Shown here one piece after another: positions 40,709 through 50,299 of a stretch of DNA of 64,000 nt (its first letter is position 1; each line of letters starts with the position of its first letter). The position numbers and the translations under genes were made by a program. The DNA lies in the NCBI GenBank assembly GCA_965226375.1, contig CBDDCX010000006.1, forward strand, positions 160,001 through 224,000. Direction: 5' to 3'. This DNA comes from Longimicrobiales bacterium (lineage in GTDB: Bacteria > Gemmatimonadota > Gemmatimonadetes > Longimicrobiales > Gaopeijiaceae). The notes under the pieces were generated by a model. It ran no database searches and was not told the origin of the DNA. It saw only the letters and a list, made by a program, of their open reading frames with translations.

Positions 40709-42133
40709 ATGCGAAAACGCATCACACCGACTCCCATTGCGCTCACGCTATCGGCCATCGCTGTCGGCCTCATGGCTGCCAGTGCCCACGCCCAGGTGAC
40801 GTGCTTCGGCGACCCTACGTGTATTCAACCGGAGACCGGCTACCCAGTGGGCCAGCGCGGTACGCCCAACATCGAAGTCGTCTCACACATTCCGCTACCT
40901 GGGCAGCGCTTCAGCCATGCCGACATTGAGATCGAGCAGGAGCTGGATCGGCCGTTCGCCTACATCGCGCAGCGCCTCGGCGGGTCGGGCTTCTACGCGA
41001 TCGGACTCGAGGACGAGGAGCATCCCGAGGTCCTGTACCGCTACATCATCGACGACCCCGACCTGCACCTCGGCACGGGATGCGTGGACATCAAGTACGC
41101 CAAGGCGGAGGGCCGCCACTACGTGATCGTGTCCTGCCAGTTCGGGCAGGGTGGTCCGGACTTCGACCTGGGAGCGATGGTCTTCGACGTGACCGGGTTA
41201 CCGGACGGTTCCAGCGTGCGGAAGGTCGCCGACCTGCGACCGCCGGGCTTACCCGGCGGCTTTCACAACATCTTCACCTACCGACACACCAACGGCCGGT
41301 CTCTGTTGGTCGCGACCACACAGTCGAAGGACGCCTTCGTATACGACATGGCGCAGGTCGGGGCGGGCAACACGGATCCGGTGTCGATGATCGCCGTTCC
41401 CTCACCGTCGGCCACTCGCACCCGACAGTGGCACGACATGTACCTGGGCTACCTTCCCGACGCCGAGCAGGATCGCTTCTACGGCGCCGGAACGGGGGGA
41501 TTCCACGTCTTCGACATTACGGACGTGGAGAACCCCCGGCTCCTCACCTCCGTCACCGGCGTACCGGGGGTCGAGAACGGCCACACCTTCACACCCACCC
41601 CCGACGGGCGCTACGCGCTCGGCATGCCCGAGCCCACCTACCAGCACTCGCCGATCCGTTTCTTCGACCTGCAGCCGCCCGGCTCCGAGGGACAGACGCC
41701 CAACATCGTCAGGGGATCGGGGGTTGGAGCCTGGATCCCGAAGTTTGGGGGCGCGACCCACAACCACGAGATGCGATGGCCTTACGTCTTCATCTCGGCC
41801 CAAGACGACGGGCTGCAGATCGTCAACATGACCGATCCCACGCACCCCTTCACCGAAGCCTACTACCACACCCGGCAAGGCCCGAGCCTGTTCGGAGGAG
41901 AGGGTGCACTGGTGACGGGCAACGCGACTTCGGGCAACATCTACGACGGCGCCTGGGGCGTCGACATCCGGAACGCGGACGGGCTCATCGTGGTGAGCGA
42001 CCTCAACACGGGCTTCTGGGCGTTCAGGCTCGACGGCTTCAACGGCTGGAACGGGAACGACTGGGCGATGCCCAACGTCTCGAGTGCTCAATTCTGGGAT
42101 GACGGGCCCGACGTTGCGCAACGGATAAACTAG
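40709..42133 (+). CDS. Secreted LVIVD-like beta-propeller protein (paralog B)
   Basis: Signal peptide; homologous to the 32233 gene over its whole length. Confidence 0.8.
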   Translation: MRKRITPTPIALTLSAIAVGLMAASAHAQVTCFGDPTCIQPETGYPVGQRGTPNIEVVSHIPLPGQRFSHADIEIEQELDRPFAYIAQRLGGSGFYAIGLEDEEHPEVLYRYIIDDPDLHLGTGCVDIKYAKAEGRHYVIVSCQFGQGGPDFDLGAMVFDVTGLPDGSSVRKVADLRPPGLPGGFHNIFTYRHTNGRSLLVATTQSKDAFVYDMAQVGAGNTDPVSMIAVPSPSATRTRQWHDMYLGYLPDAEQDRFYGAGTGGFHVFDITDVENPRLLTSVTGVPGVENGHTFTPTPDGRYALGMPEPTYQHSPIRFFDLQPPGSEGQTPNIVRGSGVGAWIPKFGGATHNHEMRWPYVFISAQDDGLQIVNMTDPTHPFTEAYYHTRQGPSLFGGEGALVTGNATSGNIYDGAWGVDIRNADGLIVVSDLNTGFWAFRLDGFNGWNGNDWAMPNVSSAQFWDDGPDVAQRIN

Positions 42134-42164
42134 ACACCTGGTTGACAATGCTCAGGAGTGATCC

Positions 42165-43589
42165 ATGCACCAGCGAACATCGCAAGTTTTGAATGCGCTC
42201 GGCCTCGCGGCGATCGCCATGAGCCTCACGGTCTCCCGCGCACCGGCGCAGGTGACGTGCTTCGGGGACCCGACCTGCGTCCAGCCCGAGACGGGCTACC
42301 CCGTGGGGCACCGCGGTACGCCGAACATCGAGGTCGTCTCGCACATTCCACTGCCGGGCGAGCGCTTTAGCCACGCCGACATCGAGATCGAGCAGGAGCT
42401 GGATCGGCCCTTCGTTTACATCGCACAGCGTTTCGGCGCGGCCGGCTTCTACGCGATCAGCCTCGAAGACGAGCAAACTCCGAAGGTCCTCTACCGTTAC
42501 ATCGTAGACGACCCTGATCTCCACCTCGGCTCCGGATGTCTCGATCCGAAGTACGCCAAGGCGGAGGGGCGGTACTACCTGATCGTGTCCTGCCAGTTCG
42601 CGCAGGGCGGGCCCGACGCCGACCTGGGGGCGATGGTCTTCGACGTGACCGGGTTACCCGACGCGTCGACGGTGCGCAAGGTGGCGGACCTGCGAGTCCC
42701 GGGCCTGCCTGGGGGCTTCCACAACATCTTCACGTACAAGCACTCGAACGGACGCTCGCTCCTGGTAGCAACCACCCAGTCGAAGGACGCATTCATCTAC
42801 GACATCGCGCAGGTCGCGGCGGGCAGCACGGATCCGGTGTCGGCGGTCGCCGTGCCCCAACCCTCGGCCGACCGCACCCGACAATGGCACGATGTCTACC
42901 TCGGGTTCCTCCCCGACGCCGCCCAGGACCGCTTCTACGGGGCCGGCACGGGGGGATATCACGTCTTCGACGTCACGGACGTGGAGAACCCTCGGCTCCT
43001 CACGTCGCTCACGGGCATCCCGGGGACTGTGAACGGCCACACGTTCACGCCCACGCCCGACGGGCGATATGGCCTCGGGATGTCCGAGCCGACCTATCAG
43101 CATGCGCCGATTCGCTTTTTCGATCTGCAGCCGCCCGGGTCGGAGGGACAGACGCCCAATATCGTCCGGGGATCGGGGATCGGTGCCTGGATGGCAAAGT
43201 TCGGCGGCGCGACACACAACCACGAGATGCGGTGGCCGTACGTCTTCATCTCGGCCCAAGACGACGGACTACAAATCGTCAACATGACCGATCCGTCGCA
43301 CCCTTTCACCGAAGGTTACTATCACACGCGGCAGGGCCCCAGCCTTCACGGTGACGCCATGTTCGGGGGAGCGTACGGCACGACGGGAAACATCTACGAC
43401 GGCGCCTGGGGCGTCGACATCCGCAACGCGGACGGACTCATTGTGGTGAGCGATTTCAACACCGGCTTTTGGGCATTCAGACTCGAGGGCTTCCAGGGCT
43501 GGAACGGGAACGACTGGGCGATGCCCAACATCTCGAGTGCTCAGTTCTGGGACGAAGAGCCCGACGTTGCGCAGCAACAGAGGAACTAG
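42165..43589 (+). CDS. Secreted LVIVD-like beta-propeller protein (paralog C)
   Basis: Close tandem paralog of B; same CAGGAGTGATCC-ATG leader. Confidence 0.8.
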   Translation: MHQRTSQVLNALGLAAIAMSLTVSRAPAQVTCFGDPTCVQPETGYPVGHRGTPNIEVVSHIPLPGERFSHADIEIEQELDRPFVYIAQRFGAAGFYAISLEDEQTPKVLYRYIVDDPDLHLGSGCLDPKYAKAEGRYYLIVSCQFAQGGPDADLGAMVFDVTGLPDASTVRKVADLRVPGLPGGFHNIFTYKHSNGRSLLVATTQSKDAFIYDIAQVAAGSTDPVSAVAVPQPSADRTRQWHDVYLGFLPDAAQDRFYGAGTGGYHVFDVTDVENPRLLTSLTGIPGTVNGHTFTPTPDGRYGLGMSEPTYQHAPIRFFDLQPPGSEGQTPNIVRGSGIGAWMAKFGGATHNHEMRWPYVFISAQDDGLQIVNMTDPSHPFTEGYYHTRQGPSLHGDAMFGGAYGTTGNIYDGAWGVDIRNADGLIVVSDFNTGFWAFRLEGFQGWNGNDWAMPNISSAQFWDEEPDVAQQQRN

Positions 43590-43626
43590 TGCCCCCTTGG
43601 AGGCCGTGATAATCCGGGAGAGATCC

Positions 43627-45048
43627 ATGCACCAGCGAATAGCGATGCCGGTTCCGTATGCGCTCATCATGGCAGCCCTCGCCGTCGGCCTTTCGGCTTC
43701 GAGTGCGCTAGCCCAGGTGACGTGCTTCGGCGACCCCACCTGCGTGCAGCCCGAGACGGGCTACACGGTGGGTCTGCGCGGCACCCCCAATATCGAGGTC
43801 GTCTCGCACCTTCCGCTGCCCGGGGAGCGCTTTAGCCACGCCGACATCGAGATCGAACAGGAGCTCGATCGGCCTTTCGTCTACATCGCGCAGCGTTTGG
43901 GTGCGGCCGGCTTCTATGCGATCAGCATCGAGGACGAGAAACGTCCGAGGGTCCTCTACCGTTACGTCGTGGACGACCCCGATCTCCACCTCGGCTCCGG
44001 ATGTCTCGATCCGAGGTACGCCAAGGCCGAAGGCCGGTATTACCTGATCGTTTCGTGCGAGTTCGGGCAGGGCGGGCCCGACGCCGACCTGGGGGCGATG
44101 GTCTTCGACGTGACCGGTCTACCTGACGCTTCGACGGTGCGGAAGGTGGCGGACCTCCGGGTCCCGGGGTTGCCGGGAGGGTTTCACAACATCTTCACCT
44201 ACAAGCACTCCAACGGCCGCTCTCTCCTGGTCGCGACGACCACGTCGGAGGATGCGTTCATCTACGACATCGCGCAGGTCGCGGCGGGCAACACGGATCC
44301 GGTCTCCACGGTCAGCGTGCCCCAGCCCTCGGCCACCCGCGCCCGTGAGTGGCACGACATGTACCTGGGCTTCCTGCCCGACGCCGGGCAGGATCGCTTT
44401 TACGGCGCCGGGACTGGGGGCTACCACGTCTTCGACGTCACGGACGTGGAGAACCCGCGGCTCCTCACCTCGGTAACCGGCATCCCGGGAGTCGAGAACG
44501 GGCACACCTTTACGCCCACGCCGGACGGTCGGTACGGGCTCGGCATGTCCGGGCCCACCTATCAGCACTCCCCGATCCGTTTCTTCGACCTGCGGCCGCC
44601 CGGGTCTGAGGGACAGACGCCCAATATCGTCAGGGGATCCGGGATCGGGGCCTGGATCGCCAAGTTCGGAGGCGCCACCCACAACCAGGAGGTCCGGTGG
44701 CCGTACGTCTTCATCTCCGCCCAGGACGACGGGCTTCAGATCGTCAACATGACCGATCCAACGCGGCCCTTCACCGAGGGTTACTACCACACGCGACAGG
44801 GCCCGAGCCTCCACGGTGACGCTTTGTTTTCCGCCTTCGCGACCACGGGCAACATCTACGACGGCGCTTGGGGCGTGGACATCCGGAACGCGGATGGGCT
44901 CATTGTCGTGAGTGACCTCAACACCGGGTTCTGGGCCTTCAGGATGGAGGGCTTCCAGGGGTGGAACGGAAACGATTGGAACATGCCAAACATCTCGAGC
45001 GCGCAGAGCTGGGACCAGAGCCCGGATCAGCCGCAGGTGATCCGGTAG
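43627..45048 (+). CDS. Secreted LVIVD-like beta-propeller protein (paralog D)
   Basis: Close tandem paralog of B and C; GGGAGAGATCC-ATG start. Confidence 0.8.
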   Translation: MHQRIAMPVPYALIMAALAVGLSASSALAQVTCFGDPTCVQPETGYTVGLRGTPNIEVVSHLPLPGERFSHADIEIEQELDRPFVYIAQRLGAAGFYAISIEDEKRPRVLYRYVVDDPDLHLGSGCLDPRYAKAEGRYYLIVSCEFGQGGPDADLGAMVFDVTGLPDASTVRKVADLRVPGLPGGFHNIFTYKHSNGRSLLVATTTSEDAFIYDIAQVAAGNTDPVSTVSVPQPSATRAREWHDMYLGFLPDAGQDRFYGAGTGGYHVFDVTDVENPRLLTSVTGIPGVENGHTFTPTPDGRYGLGMSGPTYQHSPIRFFDLRPPGSEGQTPNIVRGSGIGAWIAKFGGATHNQEVRWPYVFISAQDDGLQIVNMTDPTRPFTEGYYHTRQGPSLHGDALFSAFATTGNIYDGAWGVDIRNADGLIVVSDLNTGFWAFRMEGFQGWNGNDWNMPNISSAQSWDQSPDQPQVIR

Positions 45049-45059
45049 GCCCCGCAGCT

Positions 45060-45695
45060 TCAGGCGGAAGTTGGGGGTCCGTTCGTCCGGTGATGTTGGA
45101 TGCCGGCGTTCCGAGCCATGTGTATGAGGTCCGCCAACGACCCCGCCTCCATCTTTTTCATGACACGCGCACGGTGGATCTTGACGGTCTTATCACTGAT
45201 ATCGAGTTCCTGGGCGATTTCTCCGTTCGGCATGCCGTCAACCATGCACGTCATGACCTCGAACTGTCGCGGCGTCAGGACCTCGAACGAGAGCCGGGCC
45301 TCGGCCCGATCACTTCTCTGTTCCCTGTCCTCAGCATCCTGCTTCACGGCGCGTTCCACCGCATCCAGCAACTCTCGGTGGTTGAGGGGCTTTTCGAAAA
45401 AGTCCGCTGCGCCCCATTTCATGGCGCGAACGCTGGCCGGAACGCTGCCATAGCCGGTGATGAAGATGATGGGCGTCGAGAAGCCGAGGGCGGACAGGCG
45501 TTCCTGGAGGTCGAGCCCCGTCATGCCCGGCATCTTGATGTCCAGCACGAGACATCCCGAATCTTCCGGGGACGCGCGTTCGAGATACGCTTGGGGGGAG
45601 TCGAACTGTTGGACCTCGTACCCCACGGATTGGAAGACCCTGCCGAGCGCGGTCCGGACACCGGCGTTGTCGTCCACCAGGAAGACGGTTCCCAT
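45060..45695 (-). CDS. FixJ/TodT-type response regulator (REC + LuxR HTH)
   Basis: 'FLVDD', 'GCLVLDIKMPGMTG', 'FITGYG', 'LTPRQFEV', 'KTVKIHRARVMKKM'; alternative start at 45731. Confidence 0.92.
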   Translation of the reverse strand: MGTVFLVDDNAGVRTALGRVFQSVGYEVQQFDSPQAYLERASPEDSGCLVLDIKMPGMTGLDLQERLSALGFSTPIIFITGYGSVPASVRAMKWGAADFFEKPLNHRELLDAVERAVKQDAEDREQRSDRAEARLSFEVLTPRQFEVMTCMVDGMPNGEIAQELDISDKTVKIHRARVMKKMEAGSLADLIHMARNAGIQHHRTNGPPTSA

Positions 45696-45814
45696 ACGCT
45701 GAAATCCGTCGGTTCTCCGACTCTGCGCCATATTTGCACTCACATCTGACATCATCCATGACTGCGGATAACCACCCCAGACTAACTCCCTTGCCGCGCC
45801 AGGCCCAAATGTAC

Positions 45815-45827
45815 GGGGGGGGGGGGG
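45815..45827. repeat. G13 homopolymer in a divergent promoter region
   Basis: 13 consecutive G between the regulator and sensor kinase genes. Confidence 0.9.
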
Positions 45828-45985
45828 TCGTCTACCTGACGTGCCGGTGGTCGATGTAAAGCAGGAACGATCTTGCGGCGAGGAAATGTCGCGACCCGAA
45901 CGGCACGGGGGTACGTTCTTTGCCCCCGGAGACGCGTGAAAGACAGACGCTGCCCGTCGGTACCCGAGCAAGGCTTCTTGATGAC

Positions 45986-48583
45986 ATGCGAGACGAAGAC
46001 AACTTGACCGAGCAGCGGCTTCCCGACTCGCACGACCGGCGACAACACCCGGAACAGTGGTCCGATGACTTGCCACTCACCGAGTCCGATGAGTACCCGA
46101 GACTGCTTCAAGCCATTCTGGCACATACGTCTGAGGGAGCCGTGCTCGTTCAACCGAGCACCGCGAATCCTCTACACGACGGTCAGCCTGGACCGCAAGT
46201 TCGGGTACGAGCCGAATGCCGGCGAATCCTCTACACGACGGTCAGCCTGGACCGCAAGTTCGGGTACGAGCCGAATGAACTGATCGGACAGCACGTTACC
46301 GTGTTGAACGCCCCCGACACCTCAAAGGAAACGTTCGATCGCATCGTCGAGGCGATGGACGAGAAGGGGGCCTGGCAGGGAGAGATCAATAACAAGAAGA
46401 AGGATGGGTCGTGCTTTTGGACTTGGATTGACATCTTCACGTTCGAGCACTCTTCGTACGGCCCCGTGTGGGTGTCGGTGCGGAGAGACGTCACCGACGA
46501 AAGACGGACCCAAGAACTGCGGAAGTTCGTCCGGAAGCTGAAGGGCGACTTCAACGACTTGGTGGAGACTCTGCCACACGGCATACAACTCACGGATGCT
46601 TCGTGGACGATCACCTTCGCGAATTCAGCGCTTCACGAGATGTACGAGTACGACGCCGGAGAGCTCATCGGAGCCTCGGTTCTCGACTTCGTGCCAAGTG
46701 ATCGACGCCAGGAGAAGGTTGAGCGGCTGAAGACTTTAGTGACCCAAAAGCCGAAGCCCGTTCCCATCTTCGAGCAGAAGGTCACGCGAAGCGGTAGAGT
46801 CGTAGACGTGCGCATGGACTGGGGGTACCGGCTGGATGCCAAGGGTCGCGTCTTGGGATTCGCCTCTCTCATCACCGACGTCACCGCCTCGATGCGGGTC
46901 GAGGCCGCATTGCGCAAGACCCAAGAGGCGTTTGATCTCGCTGTTCGTGGCTCCAGCGACGGCCTATGGGACTGGCCGGATCTCACACAGGACAAGAGAT
47001 GGTGGTCACCTCGGATCTTCGAATTGCTGGGCTACGAAGATGGAGAAATCGAGTTGACGTATGCGGATTTCTTGGGATTGATGCTCAGCGAAGACAGGGA
47101 GCGGGTGGCTCGAGCGATGGAGGCTCATCTCGAGGAGGGTGTGCCATATGATGTTGAGCACCGATTGCGCACCAAATCGGGCGAGTACCGGTGGTTCCGG
47201 GGTCGGGGCCATGCTCTTCGGACTGACGACGGTCGGCCCACGCGCATGTCGGGATCTGTTTCGGACATTCATGAAAGACAAGTCGCGAGGAAAGAACTCG
47301 AGGAACGCCTCGCTTTTCAGCGAATGGTCTCGGACGTGTCGACGACCTTCGCAAAAGCACCCCACGCTCAGTTGCGCGGGGTCATCGTTCGCGCACTGGA
47401 GTGCTTGGGGAAGTTCCTCGACGCGGACCGCTGTGTCCTTATGCATATGTCAGAGGACGACGCTGTGAATGCCGGAGACTATGAATGGACCCGGGGCGAA
47501 CAGGCACCCGGGCTTCGGGCCGTTCGGGGAGAGGGTCTGGGGGCGTTCTCGGACGTAGTGACTCTTTTGGAAGATGGCGGCGTGCACTTCTTCGAACACG
47601 TCGAGGAGATTCCCAGCCAATGGGAGACCTTCAGAGAATTCGTCGAAGAGAACCACGTGAAGGCGGGCCTTATCATGCCCCTGCTTCAAGGTGAAAGACT
47701 ACTCGGGTTGATGGCTGCGTTCACTCTTCGAGACGCGCCCAATTGGCCGAGCGTCTTGATGGAGCGAGACAACATCGTGGGCCAGTTGTTTGCCAACGTA
47801 TTGGGGAACCTCGAGCGGGAGGCCGGCGCCGGAAGGCTTGCTGAAGAGCTCACCCACGTCTCACGGGTGGCCACCATGGGAGAACTCACGGCATCGTTGG
47901 CCCATGAGTTGAATCAACCGCTCGAGGCGATCGCAGCCAATGCGGTAGCCGTGGGGTACTTCCTGGACGGCGAGTCGGCGAACAGTGACGAGGCCCGCGC
48001 GGCGTTGGCCGACATCTCTGATGAGGCTCGGCGAGCGGGACAGGTGATTCGGCGAATGCGGGCCTTGCTCGAAAAGGGCGAGCAGGAGCGCTCCCCGCTG
48101 CATATGAATGGCCTTGTGGAGGAAGTGGTGGCCCTCCTGCAGAATGAAGCCATCCTGCGCAACACCTTGTTCGAGCTGGACCTCGACCCCGAACTCTCCC
48201 TCGTGGAAGGTGATCGAATTCAGCTTCAGCAGGTGCTGATGAACCTGCTCTTGAACAGTATCGATGCGACTCAAGGCGACAGTGTCTCATCGCGCAGGGT
48301 GACCATCCGGACGTGCAACAGGGGTGACGAAGAGACCGAGGTGGTAGTGCTCGACGAGGGGGTCGGACTCGAGCCTTCTATCGCCGAGACCATGTTCGAT
48401 CCCTTTTTTACGACAAAACCCAACGGCTTGGGGATGGGTCTCTCCATTAGTCGCTCGATAATCGAGGCCCACTCAGGCCGGCTGTGGGCGGAGCAGAACC
48501 CCGACGGGGGGGCAGCATTCCACTTTTCGATTCCAAACACCGGGGAAGGCTGGGCGCAGCGCCCGGTCGAGGAATCGTCTTGA
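45986..48583 (+). CDS. Soluble PAS-PAS-PAS-GAF histidine kinase (FixL/TodS-like)
   Basis: Three PAS/PAC units, 'MGELTASLAHELNQPL' H-box, 'QVLMNLLLNS', 'FFTTKPNGLGMGLSI'; start uncertain. Confidence 0.92.
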   Translation: MRDEDNLTEQRLPDSHDRRQHPEQWSDDLPLTESDEYPRLLQAILAHTSEGAVLVQPSTANPLHDGQPGPQVRVRAECRRILYTTVSLDRKFGYEPNELIGQHVTVLNAPDTSKETFDRIVEAMDEKGAWQGEINNKKKDGSCFWTWIDIFTFEHSSYGPVWVSVRRDVTDERRTQELRKFVRKLKGDFNDLVETLPHGIQLTDASWTITFANSALHEMYEYDAGELIGASVLDFVPSDRRQEKVERLKTLVTQKPKPVPIFEQKVTRSGRVVDVRMDWGYRLDAKGRVLGFASLITDVTASMRVEAALRKTQEAFDLAVRGSSDGLWDWPDLTQDKRWWSPRIFELLGYEDGEIELTYADFLGLMLSEDRERVARAMEAHLEEGVPYDVEHRLRTKSGEYRWFRGRGHALRTDDGRPTRMSGSVSDIHERQVARKELEERLAFQRMVSDVSTTFAKAPHAQLRGVIVRALECLGKFLDADRCVLMHMSEDDAVNAGDYEWTRGEQAPGLRAVRGEGLGAFSDVVTLLEDGGVHFFEHVEEIPSQWETFREFVEENHVKAGLIMPLLQGERLLGLMAAFTLRDAPNWPSVLMERDNIVGQLFANVLGNLEREAGAGRLAEELTHVSRVATMGELTASLAHELNQPLEAIAANAVAVGYFLDGESANSDEARAALADISDEARRAGQVIRRMRALLEKGEQERSPLHMNGLVEEVVALLQNEAILRNTLFELDLDPELSLVEGDRIQLQQVLMNLLLNSIDATQGDSVSSRRVTIRTCNRGDEETEVVVLDEGVGLEPSIAETMFDPFFTTKPNGLGMGLSISRSIIEAHSGRLWAEQNPDGGAAFHFSIPNTGEGWAQRPVEESS
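46163..46277. repeat. 56-bp tandem duplication (period 59) inside the histidine kinase gene
   Basis: 46163-46218 is identical to 46222-46277. Confidence 0.95.
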
Positions 48584-50226
48584 TCGCGACGCGGCCCGCC
48601 TGGGCCTGGGCGACGCTTGCGGTGTCTCTGGCGGGGGCCAACGCCTGCCAGGAGCCCGATCCGGGACTCACCGAGGCCTTGGAGGCGGTCACCCCCGCCC
48701 TCTTGAAGAGCCACGTCCGGTTCCTATCGGATGACCTCCTGCGCGGCCGCGATACGAACGACCGAGGGTTCGAGATCGCGAAGGAGTACGTGGCGTCGCA
48801 GTTCGGCCGCATGGGCCTGGTCCCTTTGGACGGCTCTTCGTACCTGCAGCCGTTCGACCTACTGGAGGCCGTGGCCGACCTGGGCAGCGAGCTCACGGTA
48901 GCCGACCTTCGGCTACGGGAGCCCGAAGCGAGGTTCGAGCCGGCTTGGCTCGAGGGTTCGGCGAGCTGGACGGGGGAGGGCGTCTACGTCGGCTACGGGC
49001 TCGCGACCCACGGACGTGACGACTACGCAGGTGCAGATGTTTCGGGCAAGGCGGTCTTCCTGCTTCGGGGTGAACCCGACGATTGGGCTTCGGACCGGAA
49101 CAGGGCGAGAGCCTCGAACGCATCAGTCGAGATCGCCGTCCGGCGGGGCGCATCCGTCGTCATCCAGCTCTCCGCGCCCCGTGACCCCGGCGTGGTCCGA
49201 TCGCCGTCGCCTCCGGGGAATCCACGGCGGGTCCTGGCCCTCGCGGACGGAACGTCGCCGCGGGTGCGTGCTCACGCGACGGTTGCCGCTGAAGGGAGCT
49301 GGAGGCTCCTGGAGGCTTGGGGCGTCGATCCCGGCGAGGCGACCGCGATCGCCGACGTGGGCGAGAGTCCCGCGCTTCCCGTGGGGCAGGTGAGCCTCAC
49401 CCGAACGCATCGGCTCGAGCCGGTGCGGAGCTGGAACGTGGTAGGCATCGTCCCCGGGACCGATCCGGCGCATCGGGACGAGTCCATCGTCTTTACCGCG
49501 CACCTCGATCATGTAGGCATCGGGCCCCCGAACTCCGAGGGCGACTCGATCAACAACGGCGCGCACGACAACGCCATCGGAACCGCCAAGCTGATGGCGT
49601 CGGCCGAGGCGATGGTGCGCCTCCAGCCGCGACGTTCGATCGTGTTCGCAGCCGTGGGCGCGGAGGAGCGGGGGCTTCTGGGATCGTGGTACTATGTCCG
49701 GAACCCGGCCTTTCCCATCGAAGGGGTCGTCGCAAACATCAATCAGGACGGCGGGAGAGAGGGCGTGACCACCGAGGACGTCATCGACAATGCCGCGGAC
49801 CTCTCGGACATGAACCGCATCGTTCGGGCCGTGTTGGCGGACGTCGGCGTGGGTGTCATGGATCGGGATCGCGCCCTCACCAGCCTCGTGGGCTTCTCGT
49901 CCGATCATTATCCGTTCCTCCTCGCCGGCGTCCCGGCCATCGATCTCAAGCCGGGGCACACGGTCGATGGCGACTTGCAGATCGGACTCGCCGACCGCCT
50001 GAAGTACTACGACGAGTGGCGCCATCGTCCGGCGGACAACTTCAACGAGCAGACGTTCACCATGGCGTCGACGGCAGAGATGGCCAAGCGAGCGGTCCTG
50101 CTGGCCTGGCACCTCTCGGAGATGGATGGCATGCCCGCGATGGACCCCGAGCATCCGATCTACCGGGAGCGCGCAACGCCCAGCGAGCCGTACTATTTCG
50201 GCCCGGGTTACCGATTCGGCAGGTAG
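48580..50226 (+). CDS. M28 family peptidase with PA domain
   Basis: 'LSDDLLRGR', 'TAHLDHVG', 'NGAHDNAIG', 'AEERGLLGS', 'SDHYPF'; TTG start overlaps the kinase stop. Confidence 0.88.
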   Translation: MIATRPAWAWATLAVSLAGANACQEPDPGLTEALEAVTPALLKSHVRFLSDDLLRGRDTNDRGFEIAKEYVASQFGRMGLVPLDGSSYLQPFDLLEAVADLGSELTVADLRLREPEARFEPAWLEGSASWTGEGVYVGYGLATHGRDDYAGADVSGKAVFLLRGEPDDWASDRNRARASNASVEIAVRRGASVVIQLSAPRDPGVVRSPSPPGNPRRVLALADGTSPRVRAHATVAAEGSWRLLEAWGVDPGEATAIADVGESPALPVGQVSLTRTHRLEPVRSWNVVGIVPGTDPAHRDESIVFTAHLDHVGIGPPNSEGDSINNGAHDNAIGTAKLMASAEAMVRLQPRRSIVFAAVGAEERGLLGSWYYVRNPAFPIEGVVANINQDGGREGVTTEDVIDNAADLSDMNRIVRAVLADVGVGVMDRDRALTSLVGFSSDHYPFLLAGVPAIDLKPGHTVDGDLQIGLADRLKYYDEWRHRPADNFNEQTFTMASTAEMAKRAVLLAWHLSEMDGMPAMDPEHPIYRERATPSEPYYFGPGYRFGR

Positions 50227-50299
50227 TTGCCGATTCGGCAAACAGTTTCCGATTCGATCAAGACATGAGTCCCAGACAGACCAACTGAAGGGGTTTCCG

